This document shows, one piece after another, positions 1-9,414 of a DNA stretch of 35,620 bases (position 1 is the stretch's first letter; every line of letters starts with the position of its first letter). Location of the stretch: positions 1 to 35,620 of the forward strand of contig JADGNW010000426.1 of assembly GCA_017883315.1 (NCBI GenBank). The letters are read 5' to 3'. Source of the stretch: Blastocatellia bacterium. Lineage in GTDB: Bacteria > Acidobacteriota > Blastocatellia > UBA7656. The translations under genes and the position numbers were made by a program. The notes under the pieces are model-generated. The model was given only the letters and a program-made list of their open reading frames with translations, was not told the origin of the DNA and ran no database searches.

Positions 1-1237
1 ACAGCCACCAGCCGCCCGCTACCGGGTCACTGGTCTTTGACACTCCGATGCATTCATAGAATGAGTTGCCCGGAAATGAGGTAAAAGCAAAATCGGTAAC
101 CACCCATCGGTTAGCCAGATGATCGTAAAACACGACGCCGTCACCGTCGTTTAGATTATTGCCGCAGGGCGTCGAAGACCCCAATGCTGAAAAGAACGAA
201 TTGAAAGTCGTCGGACCGGAAAGCGTCGTACCCGTCTTGCTGAACACTTGAATCGACGAATTGACGGATTGGATGTAGTGATTGGGCCCGACATCCCCAT
301 CTGTATCCGAAGGAATGAGATTACTAAGGCTCGTCGCGGCCGTCACGCCGCCAAAATTCTGAATAGGTGACGGCATAGAAGGAGGGATTGCCGGCGGATT
401 GAATGGCCGCGTGGGATCTGTCACGCCGTGACCGGTCGTCTCCGGGTGCCTTTTCAGGCGTTCCTCTTCTTCTGACTTCCTGGGCGGAATGTATGGAAGC
501 TTTCTTAGATCCTCGTCCTGCGAAACAGGGCCGATGAGTTGAACGACGTCGGGCCCGCTGGCAAGCGTCGCTTCCGCGGAAGCCTGACGACCTTGAGATG
601 TGCGTTGATTTGTTTCCTGCGCTCGGCCCGGCAGGCGCATCCGGCGTCCGCCCCCAGACCTGGACGCTTGATCTCTGGAATCGTCTTCGGATTTAAGACC
701 TGAGACCGATGAGGCCGACCGCTTGTCTGGCTCCAGTTCACTCGTTGGCTTGTCGGTGCCAGACTTTTCCTGCGTCGCCAACTGTCTTTTCTCCTCGGGC
801 TGACTGACTGGAGGTGCCTGTGCCTTGGAAGAAGATTCGACGGAGGTTTCCGCGCTGATCGAGTCCGGTTTTGAAACGGGCGCGCTCTTGTCTACCCGAA
901 GCCCCTGCGTCGAAGGCTTGGCAGAAGCCGGCCTCGCTTCTCCCGGACGACGGGATTCCTTGCGCTTGCTGAGTCCAGATGCGTTCTCTTGCAAGTCGTT
1001 CCTGGAGGCCTCTTTGGTGTCGGCTCTCGGATCGGTAGCTCTCGCGTCTGAAGAACTGTCGCTCGCTCGCCTGGTAGTCTCAATCTCGCGGCTTCGCTGT
1101 TGATTGTTCACACATCCCTGCAGGAAAGTCCCCGCGACAAAAGCGACGAGGCACAGCGATGTCAATGCGAATCGAATGGTCCCGGTTTTCTTGTTCGCCG
1201 ATGAATGTGGTGAGACGAGTGCCGATTTGTTACTCAC
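1..1237 (-). CDS. Lipoprotein, N-terminal part only (the gene runs off the left edge); absent from the supplied ORF track
   Basis: Own translation of the minus strand. GTG at 1237-1235 has AAGGA 8 nt upstream and an in-frame TAA at 1258-1256. The frame is stop-free down to position 1 (412 codons). The N-terminus ...KKTGTIRFALTSLCLVAFVAGTFLQGC is a signal peptide plus lipobox Cys. It is followed by about 200 aa of Ser/Pro/Lys/Glu-rich low-complexity linker, then an ordered-looking domain (GPNHYIQSVNSSIQVFSKTG...FYDHLANRWVVTDFAF). Confidence 0.6.
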   Translation of the reverse strand, partial: MSNKSALVSPHSSANKKTGTIRFALTSLCLVAFVAGTFLQGCVNNQQRSREIETTRRASDSSSDARATDPRADTKEASRNDLQENASGLSKRKESRRPGEARPASAKPSTQGLRVDKSAPVSKPDSISAETSVESSSKAQAPPVSQPEEKRQLATQEKSGTDKPTSELEPDKRSASSVSGLKSEDDSRDQASRSGGGRRMRLPGRAQETNQRTSQGRQASAEATLASGPDVVQLIGPVSQDEDLRKLPYIPPRKSEEEERLKRHPETTGHGVTDPTRPFNPPAIPPSMPSPIQNFGGVTAATSLSNLIPSDTDGDVGPNHYIQSVNSSIQVFSKTGTTLSGPTTFNSFFSALGSSTPCGNNLNDGDGVVFYDHLANRWVVTDFAFTSFPGNSFYECIGVSKTSDPVAGGWWL

Positions 1238-1423
1238 AATTTCGATCCTTCTGGATTATGGGGCTAGTCAATTCCTAATACTGCGAGTCATATTCTCCGA
1301 CGTTGATGGTACTCACGGCGATAAGTTGTATTGACCTTCAACGCCGCGATTACAAGATGATCGTAGCTTGCTGGTTGAGTTATGACCAGTCTGTAGCCTG
1401 TCTCTTTCTTTGAAACCCGATCC

Positions 1424-2653
1424 TCAATGCTTGCTCAATCCGTCACGCGCGCCTTTGTTGGCCGTCTCCGCTTGATCTATCGCGTCCCGAAGCGCAGACG
1501 TCTCGTTTTCATTTTTCATCTCGGCCGACAGCGCTCGCAGCGCTTGCAAGTGCCGGTCGGTCGCGTCACGCAGAAGGGTTAGCGCCTTGGGCAACGATGC
1601 GCTCTTCGGGTTCCTTTCGTAAGCGTCTTCCAGTTTAGCCATACACTCCGCGATTGCCTTAGCGTAGTGGCGAAGGAACTCCGCCCGGCTCGCTTTTTGC
1701 AGCGCGCCCCACTCGCGTTCTTCCCCTTCGACTTTCTTATCGGGCTTATCGGACGTATCGGGCCTATCAGGCTTTCCCAAAATGGCTTTGATTCTCCGGT
1801 CCGCAATCTTCATGAAGACTTTGACCCGTGCCTCTGCAGCCTGAGCCTCACGAACGTGATCGTCTTCTTCTTCAGTGAGATAGTCGCCAGGTAGCTGCGA
1901 AGGCGATCGCTCTAGCAAACCAGCATTTGAACCGCTGAGATCGCGGACGAACGCCGATGCGGTTTGGAAACCGGCATCAGTCGAAAGAGCAACCGTGCGA
2001 AACGTGAGCTGCCGTGGGAAAGCCGGTCTCTTTTTCGGAGGAGGTTCTCTCTCCGGTGTTTCGCTGTTCGGTTTCTTTTCCTCCTCTGGATCCTTCAACA
2101 CACCGCCGGATGCGAACGCTTCGTTCAACGCCTGCACTCGAAGCTGCTTTGCATGTTTGAGCGCTGCATCGGCAAACCCTTCGCGCTCGCTGGGAAAGAG
2201 CCGGTCAATCGACTCGAGCGTCTTGATCTGTCTGTACAGAGTTTGCTCGATTCTTTTTGCGAGCGTTCGTCTTCCATCTTTCAGCGCGAAGGTCTCCTTG
2301 CCGGCTTCCGCTACGGCTTTGTTGTATATATCCAGCTCGCGCTCCGCCGCATCGTGGTTGTTCACTCTGATCGCGTCGAACGCTCCCTGAAGATGCGCGT
2401 CCGAGAACTTCAGATAAACCTCGACGGCCCTCTTGGGACTGTGGGCCTGGGCCTCGGCTAGCGACGCCTTCTCGGACTCCGAAAGAAGCTGACCGATCGG
2501 TCTTGGATCAACCGGCAGCGGCGGCTCGGGCAACTGAATTTGCGCGAGGGAGGTGGTCGCTGTAGCGACGAGTACACACGGAATGAAGACGAAGCAGCAC
2601 GCGCGCCTGACGTTGGAAGAGATCGTCCGAATGTAGGCTGCCTTGCGATTCAT
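1424..2653 (-). CDS. Secreted or membrane-anchored helical protein of unknown function, apparently internally duplicated
   Basis: ORF track 1424..2683. I prefer ATG 2653-2651 (MNRKAAY...) because it forms an ATGA overlap with the TGA (2652-2650) of the upstream TPR gene. Hydrophobic N-terminal segment CCFVFIPCVLVATATTSLAQ. Two similar Glu/Lys/Ala-rich helical halves. Confidence 0.6.
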   Translation of the reverse strand: MNRKAAYIRTISSNVRRACCFVFIPCVLVATATTSLAQIQLPEPPLPVDPRPIGQLLSESEKASLAEAQAHSPKRAVEVYLKFSDAHLQGAFDAIRVNNHDAAERELDIYNKAVAEAGKETFALKDGRRTLAKRIEQTLYRQIKTLESIDRLFPSEREGFADAALKHAKQLRVQALNEAFASGGVLKDPEEEKKPNSETPEREPPPKKRPAFPRQLTFRTVALSTDAGFQTASAFVRDLSGSNAGLLERSPSQLPGDYLTEEEDDHVREAQAAEARVKVFMKIADRRIKAILGKPDRPDTSDKPDKKVEGEEREWGALQKASRAEFLRHYAKAIAECMAKLEDAYERNPKSASLPKALTLLRDATDRHLQALRALSAEMKNENETSALRDAIDQAETANKGARDGLSKH

Positions 2654-4077
2654 TTGCTCTTTGCTTTCGCTGCCGAGTTGCATTTGCGCTCTTTGATCAA
2701 TCGCTGCAATTGAAGCGACCTGGTGTTCGCCTCTTCGATTTCATTCTTGTTCGCAACCGCGTCCGCTCGTCGCACGAATTCCTTATAACTTTTGTAAGCC
2801 TGCTCGCAGTCTCCGAGATGGTCCAGCGAAATTGCCAAAAAGAAGTAGCTGGCCTGGACCTCGGGCCGGGTATGTATGATCCAAATGAACTCACGAGCGG
2901 CTTCCGGATACCGCTTTAACTTGAACAGCGCGGTGGCAAGACTTGCATGCGGCGGATAGTTGTCCGGCTCCCGCGAGATCGCTTCCGCGAGCACTGGCAA
3001 TGCCGCTTCGTATTGCATCGAGCGAACCAGCGAGGCGCCCAATTGAACTCGCGCACCGTTATCGTTTGGATTTGCCTCGACCGACCGCCGGTAATAGTCC
3101 GCAGCCACGGCAGGCTTTTCTTTGAAGTAAAAGTCGCCGGTTCGAGTCAGCAATTTGGCATCGGTTGGTTTAGCGGCGATGACGCGAGCGATTTCCTTTT
3201 CGGCCTCATCGGCCTGGTCGTTCTCGACCATCAAGCAGGCCATCTCGATTCTACTAGCCAGGTCGTCCGGTCTCTCTAATAACAACCTTCGATAAAGCTG
3301 AATCGCCGCTTGCAACTGGCCCGCTCGCCTGTGCAGGTCCGCAAGCTTGATCGCAGCTTCACGAGAGGGCTGCGAGCGATACGCCGCGCTGTACTCCTCG
3401 ATCGCTTTTGCAACTTCGCCTCGTGCTTCAAGCAAACGGCCTCGCCCCTCGTGCGCGGTCGCGTTGCTCGAGTCCATCTCTATCGCGCGAGAATAATCCG
3501 CAAACGCCTCGTTCTGCCTGCCTAGTCGCTCCTCCGCAACTCCGAGCAGTGCGTACGCAAGCGGCGTTTCTTCGTGCAGTTCGATGGCGGCATGCAAGTG
3601 CTCGATTGCCGGCTCCGGTTTTCCCAGCTTGAGAAGAGCGCTCGCGTAATAGATGCGCACGCCGGTCAGCTTAGGCTCCAGCTCGACTGCTCGCGCGAGC
3701 TCGCGAGCGGCAGCTTCGGTCTGTCCTCTATCCAGCCACATCTGTCCAAGCGCGCGGTGCGCGCGCGCGAACTTGGGTTCGAGCTCGGTCACCTTCTTCA
3801 GGTCTGCTTCGGCTTCGTTCTCGCGACCGAGCGCGAGCAGCGCGGTCGCTCGCTGATAGTACGCTTGAAACAGAGAGGGGTCGGACGAAACCGCGGCGGT
3901 GTAGAGCTTCACCGCAGAGTTAAGATCACCGCGCTGTTGAGCGGTTTGCCCTTCGTCGAATGCCTCCGCCGCGCTTCGCTGAGGGTTCGGCGAAATGGCG
4001 CGACTCGATTGAGCCAACAAGACTCGCGAAGGAAGAACGATGAGAGCGAGGGAGGCTAAGAAAGCAAACAAGCGCAT
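2650..4077 (-). CDS. Secreted tetratricopeptide (TPR) repeat protein
   Basis: 475-aa ORF with N-terminal signal-like MRLFAFLASLALIVLPSRVLLAQ. It contains about 10 tandem 34-aa repeats with the TPR signature (A..Y..A...P....A...LG). Confidence 0.85.
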   Translation of the reverse strand: MRLFAFLASLALIVLPSRVLLAQSSRAISPNPQRSAAEAFDEGQTAQQRGDLNSAVKLYTAAVSSDPSLFQAYYQRATALLALGRENEAEADLKKVTELEPKFARAHRALGQMWLDRGQTEAAARELARAVELEPKLTGVRIYYASALLKLGKPEPAIEHLHAAIELHEETPLAYALLGVAEERLGRQNEAFADYSRAIEMDSSNATAHEGRGRLLEARGEVAKAIEEYSAAYRSQPSREAAIKLADLHRRAGQLQAAIQLYRRLLLERPDDLASRIEMACLMVENDQADEAEKEIARVIAAKPTDAKLLTRTGDFYFKEKPAVAADYYRRSVEANPNDNGARVQLGASLVRSMQYEAALPVLAEAISREPDNYPPHASLATALFKLKRYPEAAREFIWIIHTRPEVQASYFFLAISLDHLGDCEQAYKSYKEFVRRADAVANKNEIEEANTRSLQLQRLIKERKCNSAAKAKSK

Positions 4078-4152
4078 CGCAGTTACGACCTCGGAAGTCG
4101 ATCATAGCATCTGCTCTAGTGAGCTTCAACGCGCCGGTCTGGCGCGTTCCCT

Positions 4153-4593
4153 TTATTGCCAATTCGCGTTGATCGGGTTGAGAACCTTCAAGCCAGGGAA
4201 CCTCGCGAAGTCGCGATCGGTGGTATAAAGGACGGCTCCATGCTCCATAGCGAGGGCGGCCAGGTGCGCGTCCATTACTAGCGGCCCGCGCACTTGCCCG
4301 CCTATAAGCAGTCGCCTGAATATCTCCCAATGACGTTGGCCGGGAGACACGATTCTGACCATTGGCCGTTCTATCCAGGCCGAGACCTCAGCGGTAGCTT
4401 CCCTGATCGTTAACGGTCGGCTAAACGCTCGAGGATTGGTACCAATCCGAACGAAGGCTGTGATGCTCTGCCAGGACAGCCCAAACAATTCCGGGCGCGA
4501 CAGTGATTCTTCAAGCCAATTGCGCGCCTGTTGATGCTCAGCCGCCGAGGTGTTGTAGGCATACAGCAAAAGGTTGGCGTCGACAATGATCAT
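4153..4593 (-). CDS. vapC: PIN-domain toxin, VapC family (type II TA)
   Basis: 146 aa beginning MIIVDANLLLYAY (first PIN acidic residue). C-terminal ...HGAVLYTTDRDFARF is the last PIN Asp motif. 4-nt overlap with the upstream small antitoxin ORF. Confidence 0.85.
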   Translation of the reverse strand: MIIVDANLLLYAYNTSAAEHQQARNWLEESLSRPELFGLSWQSITAFVRIGTNPRAFSRPLTIREATAEVSAWIERPMVRIVSPGQRHWEIFRRLLIGGQVRGPLVMDAHLAALAMEHGAVLYTTDRDFARFPGLKVLNPINANWQ

Positions 4594-4835
4594 CGGTGAC
4601 TTGAGCCCTCAGTCTGTTCCAGCAAATCGCCGATATTGTCGTAGTCCATACCAGCGCGACGGCCCATCGCGCGCACTCGAGCTTTGAAGCGCTTCACTTT
4701 CTTCGTTTCGCTCTGGGCTTGAAAGCCTGCGCGCAAAAGATCGTTGACGGTGTCTTTGAAAGTCCCGCCACGTTTACGCAGCTCTTCATCAATTCTAGCT
4801 GCTACATCGTCGTCTAAAGTAAGGGTCGTCCTCAT
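4590..4835 (-). CDS. vapB: VapB-type antitoxin (ribbon-helix-helix-like N-terminus)
   Basis: 81 aa. MRTTLTLDDDVAARIDEELRKRG is the typical VapB/RHH antitoxin N-terminus. It overlaps vapC by 4 nt. SD-like AAGGTG lies 6 nt upstream of ATG 4835. Confidence 0.8.
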   Translation of the reverse strand: MRTTLTLDDDVAARIDEELRKRGGTFKDTVNDLLRAGFQAQSETKKVKRFKARVRAMGRRAGMDYDNIGDLLEQTEGSSHR

Positions 4836-4865
4836 GGCGTCACCTTATCCCCGGAGACATCATGA

Positions 4866-4879
4866 TGTCAAGCACAAGG
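4866..4879. promoter_or_regulatory. Perfect 14-bp palindrome GACATCATGATGTC upstream of vapB, overlapping a TTGACA hexamer; candidate antitoxin operator
   Basis: Read directly from the sequence. On the minus strand TTGACA is 4881-4876, about 30-45 nt upstream of the vapB ATG. Type II TA operons are usually autoregulated through palindromic operators. Confidence 0.35.
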
Positions 4880-4965
4880 CATCTTTTCATCACGTAGAGA
4901 CAGTTGATTGTCTGACTTGTCACGAACGGAGAGCAGGTCAAAACTGGTGAAAGCTGGCTCCAAAC

Positions 4966-7272
4966 CTAGGCGGCGCCGGCTTGCTGCTGGCCGAGACCTT
5001 TGTGGTAGATCTCACTTATCAGCTCCCTCATCGCGCGGCCATCGATGGGTTTCGACAGTAAGTAGCCTTGCACGTATTCGCAGTTCATTCCCGTTAGCTG
5101 AAGTATCTGCTCTCGAGTCTCAACGCCCTCGGCGACAACGTCCATTCCAAGATTGCCGGCAAGCGCTAGAATCGTCTTCACGATCTCGGTGTTCTTCGGC
5201 AGGTTGATCCTCGACACGAATGAGCGGTCGATCTTCAGCGTGTCGATAGGAAAGCGGTGCAGATAGCTCAGCGATGAATAGCCCGTCCCGAAATCATCAA
5301 GCGACAAACGAATTCCAAGAGCCTTGATTCGTCTCAGAGTCATAGCCGCGTCGTCAATGTTCTCGATGATCGCGCTCTCTGTGATCTCAATCTTCAGGGT
5401 GCTCGCCTCAATACCGGTCTCGCTCAGAATTTGGGAGATGCGATCAATCAAGTCGGGTTGTGAAAGCTGTTTCCCCGAAAGATTGACGCTCATGCTGAGA
5501 GGCGGGTCGGACGGAAATTGCTCTTGCCATAATCGCAGTTGCTGACAAGCTTCTCGCAGCACCCACTCTCCGAGTTGAATTATCAGCCCGGTCTCTTCAG
5601 CAACCGGGATGAACTTCAGCGGCGAAACGTAGCCATGCTCCGGATGCTCCCATCGCACCAGCGCTTCGAAGCCGCTGATGCGCCAGGTCTCAAGCGATAT
5701 TATCGGTTGATAATGGACGCGAAACTCATCGTGCGCGAGCGCGCGACGCAAGCCGGTCTCCAACTGCGAGAGCGCCGCGTTCCGCACGTGCATGCCTTTG
5801 TCGAATAGCTCGAAGCAGCCGCGGCCCTGGTCCTTTGCGCGATACATCGCTGTGTCCGCGTTGCGCAGCAGCTCGTCGGGTTGCTCGGAAGCCGTCTGGT
5901 TGAGCGCAATACCAATACTTGCCGAGATGAAGACCTCATGCCCGCTGAGGTTGAAAGGCGAGGCAAGGCGTTCGCGGATTCGCTCGGCCGCTTGAACAGC
6001 GTCGGTAACGTGTTTGACGTGCTCGAGGATGATCGCGAATTCATCGCCGCCGAGCCGCGCTACTATGTCGCCCGGGCGAAGACAGGACTCGAGCCTCCGC
6101 GCGGTCGCGATGAGCAACTGATCGCCGATCTGATGGCCCAGGCTGTCGTTTACTACCTTGAAGCGGTCCAGATCCAGAAACAGCACTCCGAATGTATACC
6201 CCGCGCCCTCTTTCACTTTCGTCAGCGCATGAGTCAGTCGCTCCATAAACAACACGCGATTCGGCAAGCCTGTTAGCGCGTCGTGAAATGCGTTGTGCAA
6301 TAACTTCTTCTCGGCTTGCTTCTGATCGGTCACGTCGGTGAGCGAACCAGTCATCCGATAAACGTGACGGTTCGAGTCCATCACCGCCAGACCTCGGCTC
6401 AACATCCAACGGTAGCTTCCATCCTGTCTGCGCACGCGATGTTCGCTTTGAAATTGCGGCGTGAGACCGAGCAGATGCGACATGATCTCAGACTGCACCC
6501 GCTCGATATCGTCGGGATGAACCCGCTTGAACCATTCATCAGGCGTGTGGTTCAAGTCGCTGGCGCCAAGGCCGAGCATCGCCTTCCAACCGACGCAGAA
6601 GTGCATTTCGTTGGTTTCGAGATCCCATTCCCACAGCCCGTCGCTTGCGCCGCGAAGTAACATCGCACAACGCTCCTCGCTTGCGTTGAGCGACTCGAAC
6701 GCCTTCTCTCGCTCGGACATAGCCTGATCCAGCTCGAGGGTTTTGCGCCTCAGCTCGAGCCTGGACATTATGGCTTGCGCTAACGAACCAAGCGATCGAG
6801 ACTGGGCCTCGCTGAGCTGCCGAGGCTTATCGTCCATGACAGAGAGCACTCCGACGAGAAATCCGTCAGGCGTCGACAAAGGCGCTCCGGCATAGAAACG
6901 AATTCCATTTCCTCCGGACTGCGATGCAGATCTCTTGAAACTCGGATCGGTCAGTGCATCCGAGACCACCAATCGGCCGCGTTCGAGAATAGCTCGTGAT
7001 ATGAAACTATCTTCGCTAGCAGTCTCAGCGACGCCCGTTCCAGCTCTTGAGATGTGTTCGATACGGTCGGGCTTCGTGACGCTCAGCACGGCGGCCGGCG
7101 CTCCGCAGACTTCAGCCGCCAACTGAGTGAAGTCATTCAGAAATCCGTCGGACTCCAACGAATGAATCTGATAACGGACCAGGGCGTCGAGTCTCTGTGC
7201 GTCATCTTTCGGCGGCGGCGGTATTATCGCCGAATCCACTCTTATTAGCTCTGCGCTCAATAGTTGCTCCAT
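4966..7272 (-). CDS. GAF-PAS-GGDEF-EAL signalling protein (c-di-GMP synthesis/hydrolysis)
   Basis: 768 aa. It has an N-terminal GAF-like region, a PAS region (WEWDLETNEMHF...), an intact RLGGDEFAIIL (GGDEF) motif, and EALVRW plus downstream EAL-domain motifs (QPI..., DDFGTGYSSLSYL). Confidence 0.9.
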   Translation of the reverse strand: MEQLLSAELIRVDSAIIPPPPKDDAQRLDALVRYQIHSLESDGFLNDFTQLAAEVCGAPAAVLSVTKPDRIEHISRAGTGVAETASEDSFISRAILERGRLVVSDALTDPSFKRSASQSGGNGIRFYAGAPLSTPDGFLVGVLSVMDDKPRQLSEAQSRSLGSLAQAIMSRLELRRKTLELDQAMSEREKAFESLNASEERCAMLLRGASDGLWEWDLETNEMHFCVGWKAMLGLGASDLNHTPDEWFKRVHPDDIERVQSEIMSHLLGLTPQFQSEHRVRRQDGSYRWMLSRGLAVMDSNRHVYRMTGSLTDVTDQKQAEKKLLHNAFHDALTGLPNRVLFMERLTHALTKVKEGAGYTFGVLFLDLDRFKVVNDSLGHQIGDQLLIATARRLESCLRPGDIVARLGGDEFAIILEHVKHVTDAVQAAERIRERLASPFNLSGHEVFISASIGIALNQTASEQPDELLRNADTAMYRAKDQGRGCFELFDKGMHVRNAALSQLETGLRRALAHDEFRVHYQPIISLETWRISGFEALVRWEHPEHGYVSPLKFIPVAEETGLIIQLGEWVLREACQQLRLWQEQFPSDPPLSMSVNLSGKQLSQPDLIDRISQILSETGIEASTLKIEITESAIIENIDDAAMTLRRIKALGIRLSLDDFGTGYSSLSYLHRFPIDTLKIDRSFVSRINLPKNTEIVKTILALAGNLGMDVVAEGVETREQILQLTGMNCEYVQGYLLSKPIDGRAMRELISEIYHKGLGQQQAGAA

Positions 7273-7524
7273 TCAAGAGTCTTTTCGCGCTTCGAGCGAG
7301 GCCCAGCGTCTGAGACCACGCGCGACGCAGACTTATTCCGCGTCTGGGCGTGGCAAGGACAATGCCACGTGGAAAGATGCTACAAGTTAGGTTAAATGAA
7401 CCAGCCGCATGCTACTGGCACATTTCAATCCGTAGGAATGACTGATCAGATTGATCGAGAACTATCATTGTGAACGATGCGACCAACTAACCGATAAGGA
7501 CGTCCATTGGAAGAATCACAGGTT

Positions 7525-7603
7525 GGGAGGGAGGGCTTGCCCCCGCGCTGGATGGTCGAATGGAGGTACTATCCTGGAAGAGCGGGGGCAAGCCCTCCTT
7601 CCC
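7525..7603. repeat. Hairpin element: arms GGGAGGGAGGGCTTGCCCCCGCGCT and AGCGGGGGCAAGCCCTCCTTCCC with a 31-nt loop
   Basis: Arms at 7525-7549 and 7581-7603 are complementary, with about 22 of 23 positions pairing. It lies in the 390-nt spacer between the stop of the CobN-like gene and the start of the GGDEF-EAL gene. Confidence 0.7.
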
Positions 7604-7662
7604 GACTTGTGCCCTTCCCAAGGGACGACGCAACGGATTTATCATCTCCTCACTGACAATCC

Positions 7663-9414
7663 TTAGCCCGCTACTCCCTCGAGTTTGTCTTCGAGGCTGC
7701 CAAAAATCTCCTGAAGCTGCTCGAGCACCGACTGCTCGGCTTTCCAGAATCCGCGGCCCGAAGCTTCAAGGAGACGGCCGACCAGCGTTCGCGCCGAGTG
7801 CGGATTCAGCGAGCGCAATCGCTCGAGCATTTCTTCGTCAAGCACGAAGGTCGCCGCCACTTCGTCATAGACCCAATCGTCAACCGCATTGGCAGTCGCC
7901 GACCACCCGAACGTGTTCGTCACGTGATGCTCGATCTCGGCCACGCCGCTGAACCCGTGACGCAACATGCCTTCGAACCATTTTGGATTCAGCGTCTTCG
8001 TTCTCGTTTCGAGTCTCACCGTCTCTTCGAGAGTTCGAATCTTGGCTCCGGGCGAGAGCGAGTCTGACAAATAGATTGTCGGCCGCGCGCCCGTTTGTTT
8101 CTCAACCGCTTTCGAGACGCCGCCCAGATATTCAAAGTAATGATCGACGTCTGTAATCCCAACTTCAGTCGTGTCGATGTTTTGATAGGTCACCTCGACT
8201 CGTGACAGCGCGCGTTCCAGCAGCTTGCGCGATTCACGTCCATCGTAGTTCCTGCCTTGCGAGTCGCGCCCGTAAGCGAAACACTTCCGTGTGACAAACA
8301 GATCGCCAAGCTCGCTGCTGTCTTCCCACTGGCTATCGAGCACCATGAAGTTAACGTTCGTTCCGTAGTTCCCCGCAGCGTTCGAGAATACTCTTACTGC
8401 CGCTTCGTCGAATGAGGAGTCTGTCTCGGTCATCTGCTGCTCGACATGTCTCTTGATGAAATTCATCTCCGCAGGTTCATCGAGCGACGCAATCTTTCGC
8501 ACGGCGGTGTCAAGCAGAGTCATCGTGGCGCCAAACAGATCTCTAAAAATCCCCGACACCGTCAGCACCACATCGATGCGAGGGCGGCCAAGCTTGTCGA
8601 GCGGGATCACGTCAACATCAGTAGCTCGATTCATCGCGTCGCGTCGAGGAGTGACTCCGAGCAGCCAAAGCACCTGCGCTACGGCTTCGCCTTCGGTCTT
8701 GATGTTGTCGATTCCCCACAAGACCATCGCAATGGTTTCGGGATAGCGGCCCGCTTCTTCACGGTGACGCTCGAGCAGCGCATTCGCTATTGGCTCCGCT
8801 CGCCGCACAGCAGATGCCGAGGGAACTGCGTAAGGATTAACAGCGTGAGTATTGCGTCCGGTCGGAAGGATGTTCGGGTTCTGAATAATGTCGGCGCCGG
8901 GACCGGGCTCGATATACTCGCCTCGCAGGGCCCGCATCAATCCAACGACTTCGTGGTTGGTCTCGAGTTGCTCGCGGATATTGGCCAGCATCTCGAGCAC
9001 TTTACCTGATTGCTCCTCGGCAACGGAGGCTTCCTCCGATAACACATTGACGGCTGCTTTGATTCCTTCATCGCGTTTGCGTTCCAGAAATCGTGCGATC
9101 GCTTCGCGGACGATGGCTTCAACCCGTTCGCGCTCGCGAAGTCTTTGTTCAGACCCTGCGCTCTCATTGAGCAACATAACGTAATCAGCAAAGCCGAGCC
9201 CTTCCGCAACCAGATCAGGCAGAGAGCGGACGCCAAGCTCGGGTCTATCGAACGACGCTACCATTCTCAGCAGATCGCCAAGCTCCGGGTTGTCGGGCGG
9301 CTGCCCAAAGATGTGCAAGCCTGTTGGGATCAGCCGCTGCTCTATCTCGAGAACTCTCTCATAGAGTTCGAGCACGCGGCGATCACGATCATCGTTGAGT
9401 GTATTGCTATCCAT
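7663..9414 (-). CDS. cobN: CobN/BchH-family chelatase large subunit, C-terminal half only (583 aa)
   Basis: Family-typical stretches include LIPTGLHIFGQPP, IIQNPNILPTGRNTHAVNPY, MVLWGIDNIKTEGE, PRIDVVLTVSGIFRD and FGWSATA. Full-length family members are about 1200-1400 aa. An in-frame stop lies 16 codons upstream of ATG 9414. Confidence 0.8.
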   Translation of the reverse strand: MDSNTLNDDRDRRVLELYERVLEIEQRLIPTGLHIFGQPPDNPELGDLLRMVASFDRPELGVRSLPDLVAEGLGFADYVMLLNESAGSEQRLRERERVEAIVREAIARFLERKRDEGIKAAVNVLSEEASVAEEQSGKVLEMLANIREQLETNHEVVGLMRALRGEYIEPGPGADIIQNPNILPTGRNTHAVNPYAVPSASAVRRAEPIANALLERHREEAGRYPETIAMVLWGIDNIKTEGEAVAQVLWLLGVTPRRDAMNRATDVDVIPLDKLGRPRIDVVLTVSGIFRDLFGATMTLLDTAVRKIASLDEPAEMNFIKRHVEQQMTETDSSFDEAAVRVFSNAAGNYGTNVNFMVLDSQWEDSSELGDLFVTRKCFAYGRDSQGRNYDGRESRKLLERALSRVEVTYQNIDTTEVGITDVDHYFEYLGGVSKAVEKQTGARPTIYLSDSLSPGAKIRTLEETVRLETRTKTLNPKWFEGMLRHGFSGVAEIEHHVTNTFGWSATANAVDDWVYDEVAATFVLDEEMLERLRSLNPHSARTLVGRLLEASGRGFWKAEQSVLEQLQEIFGSLEDKLEGVAG

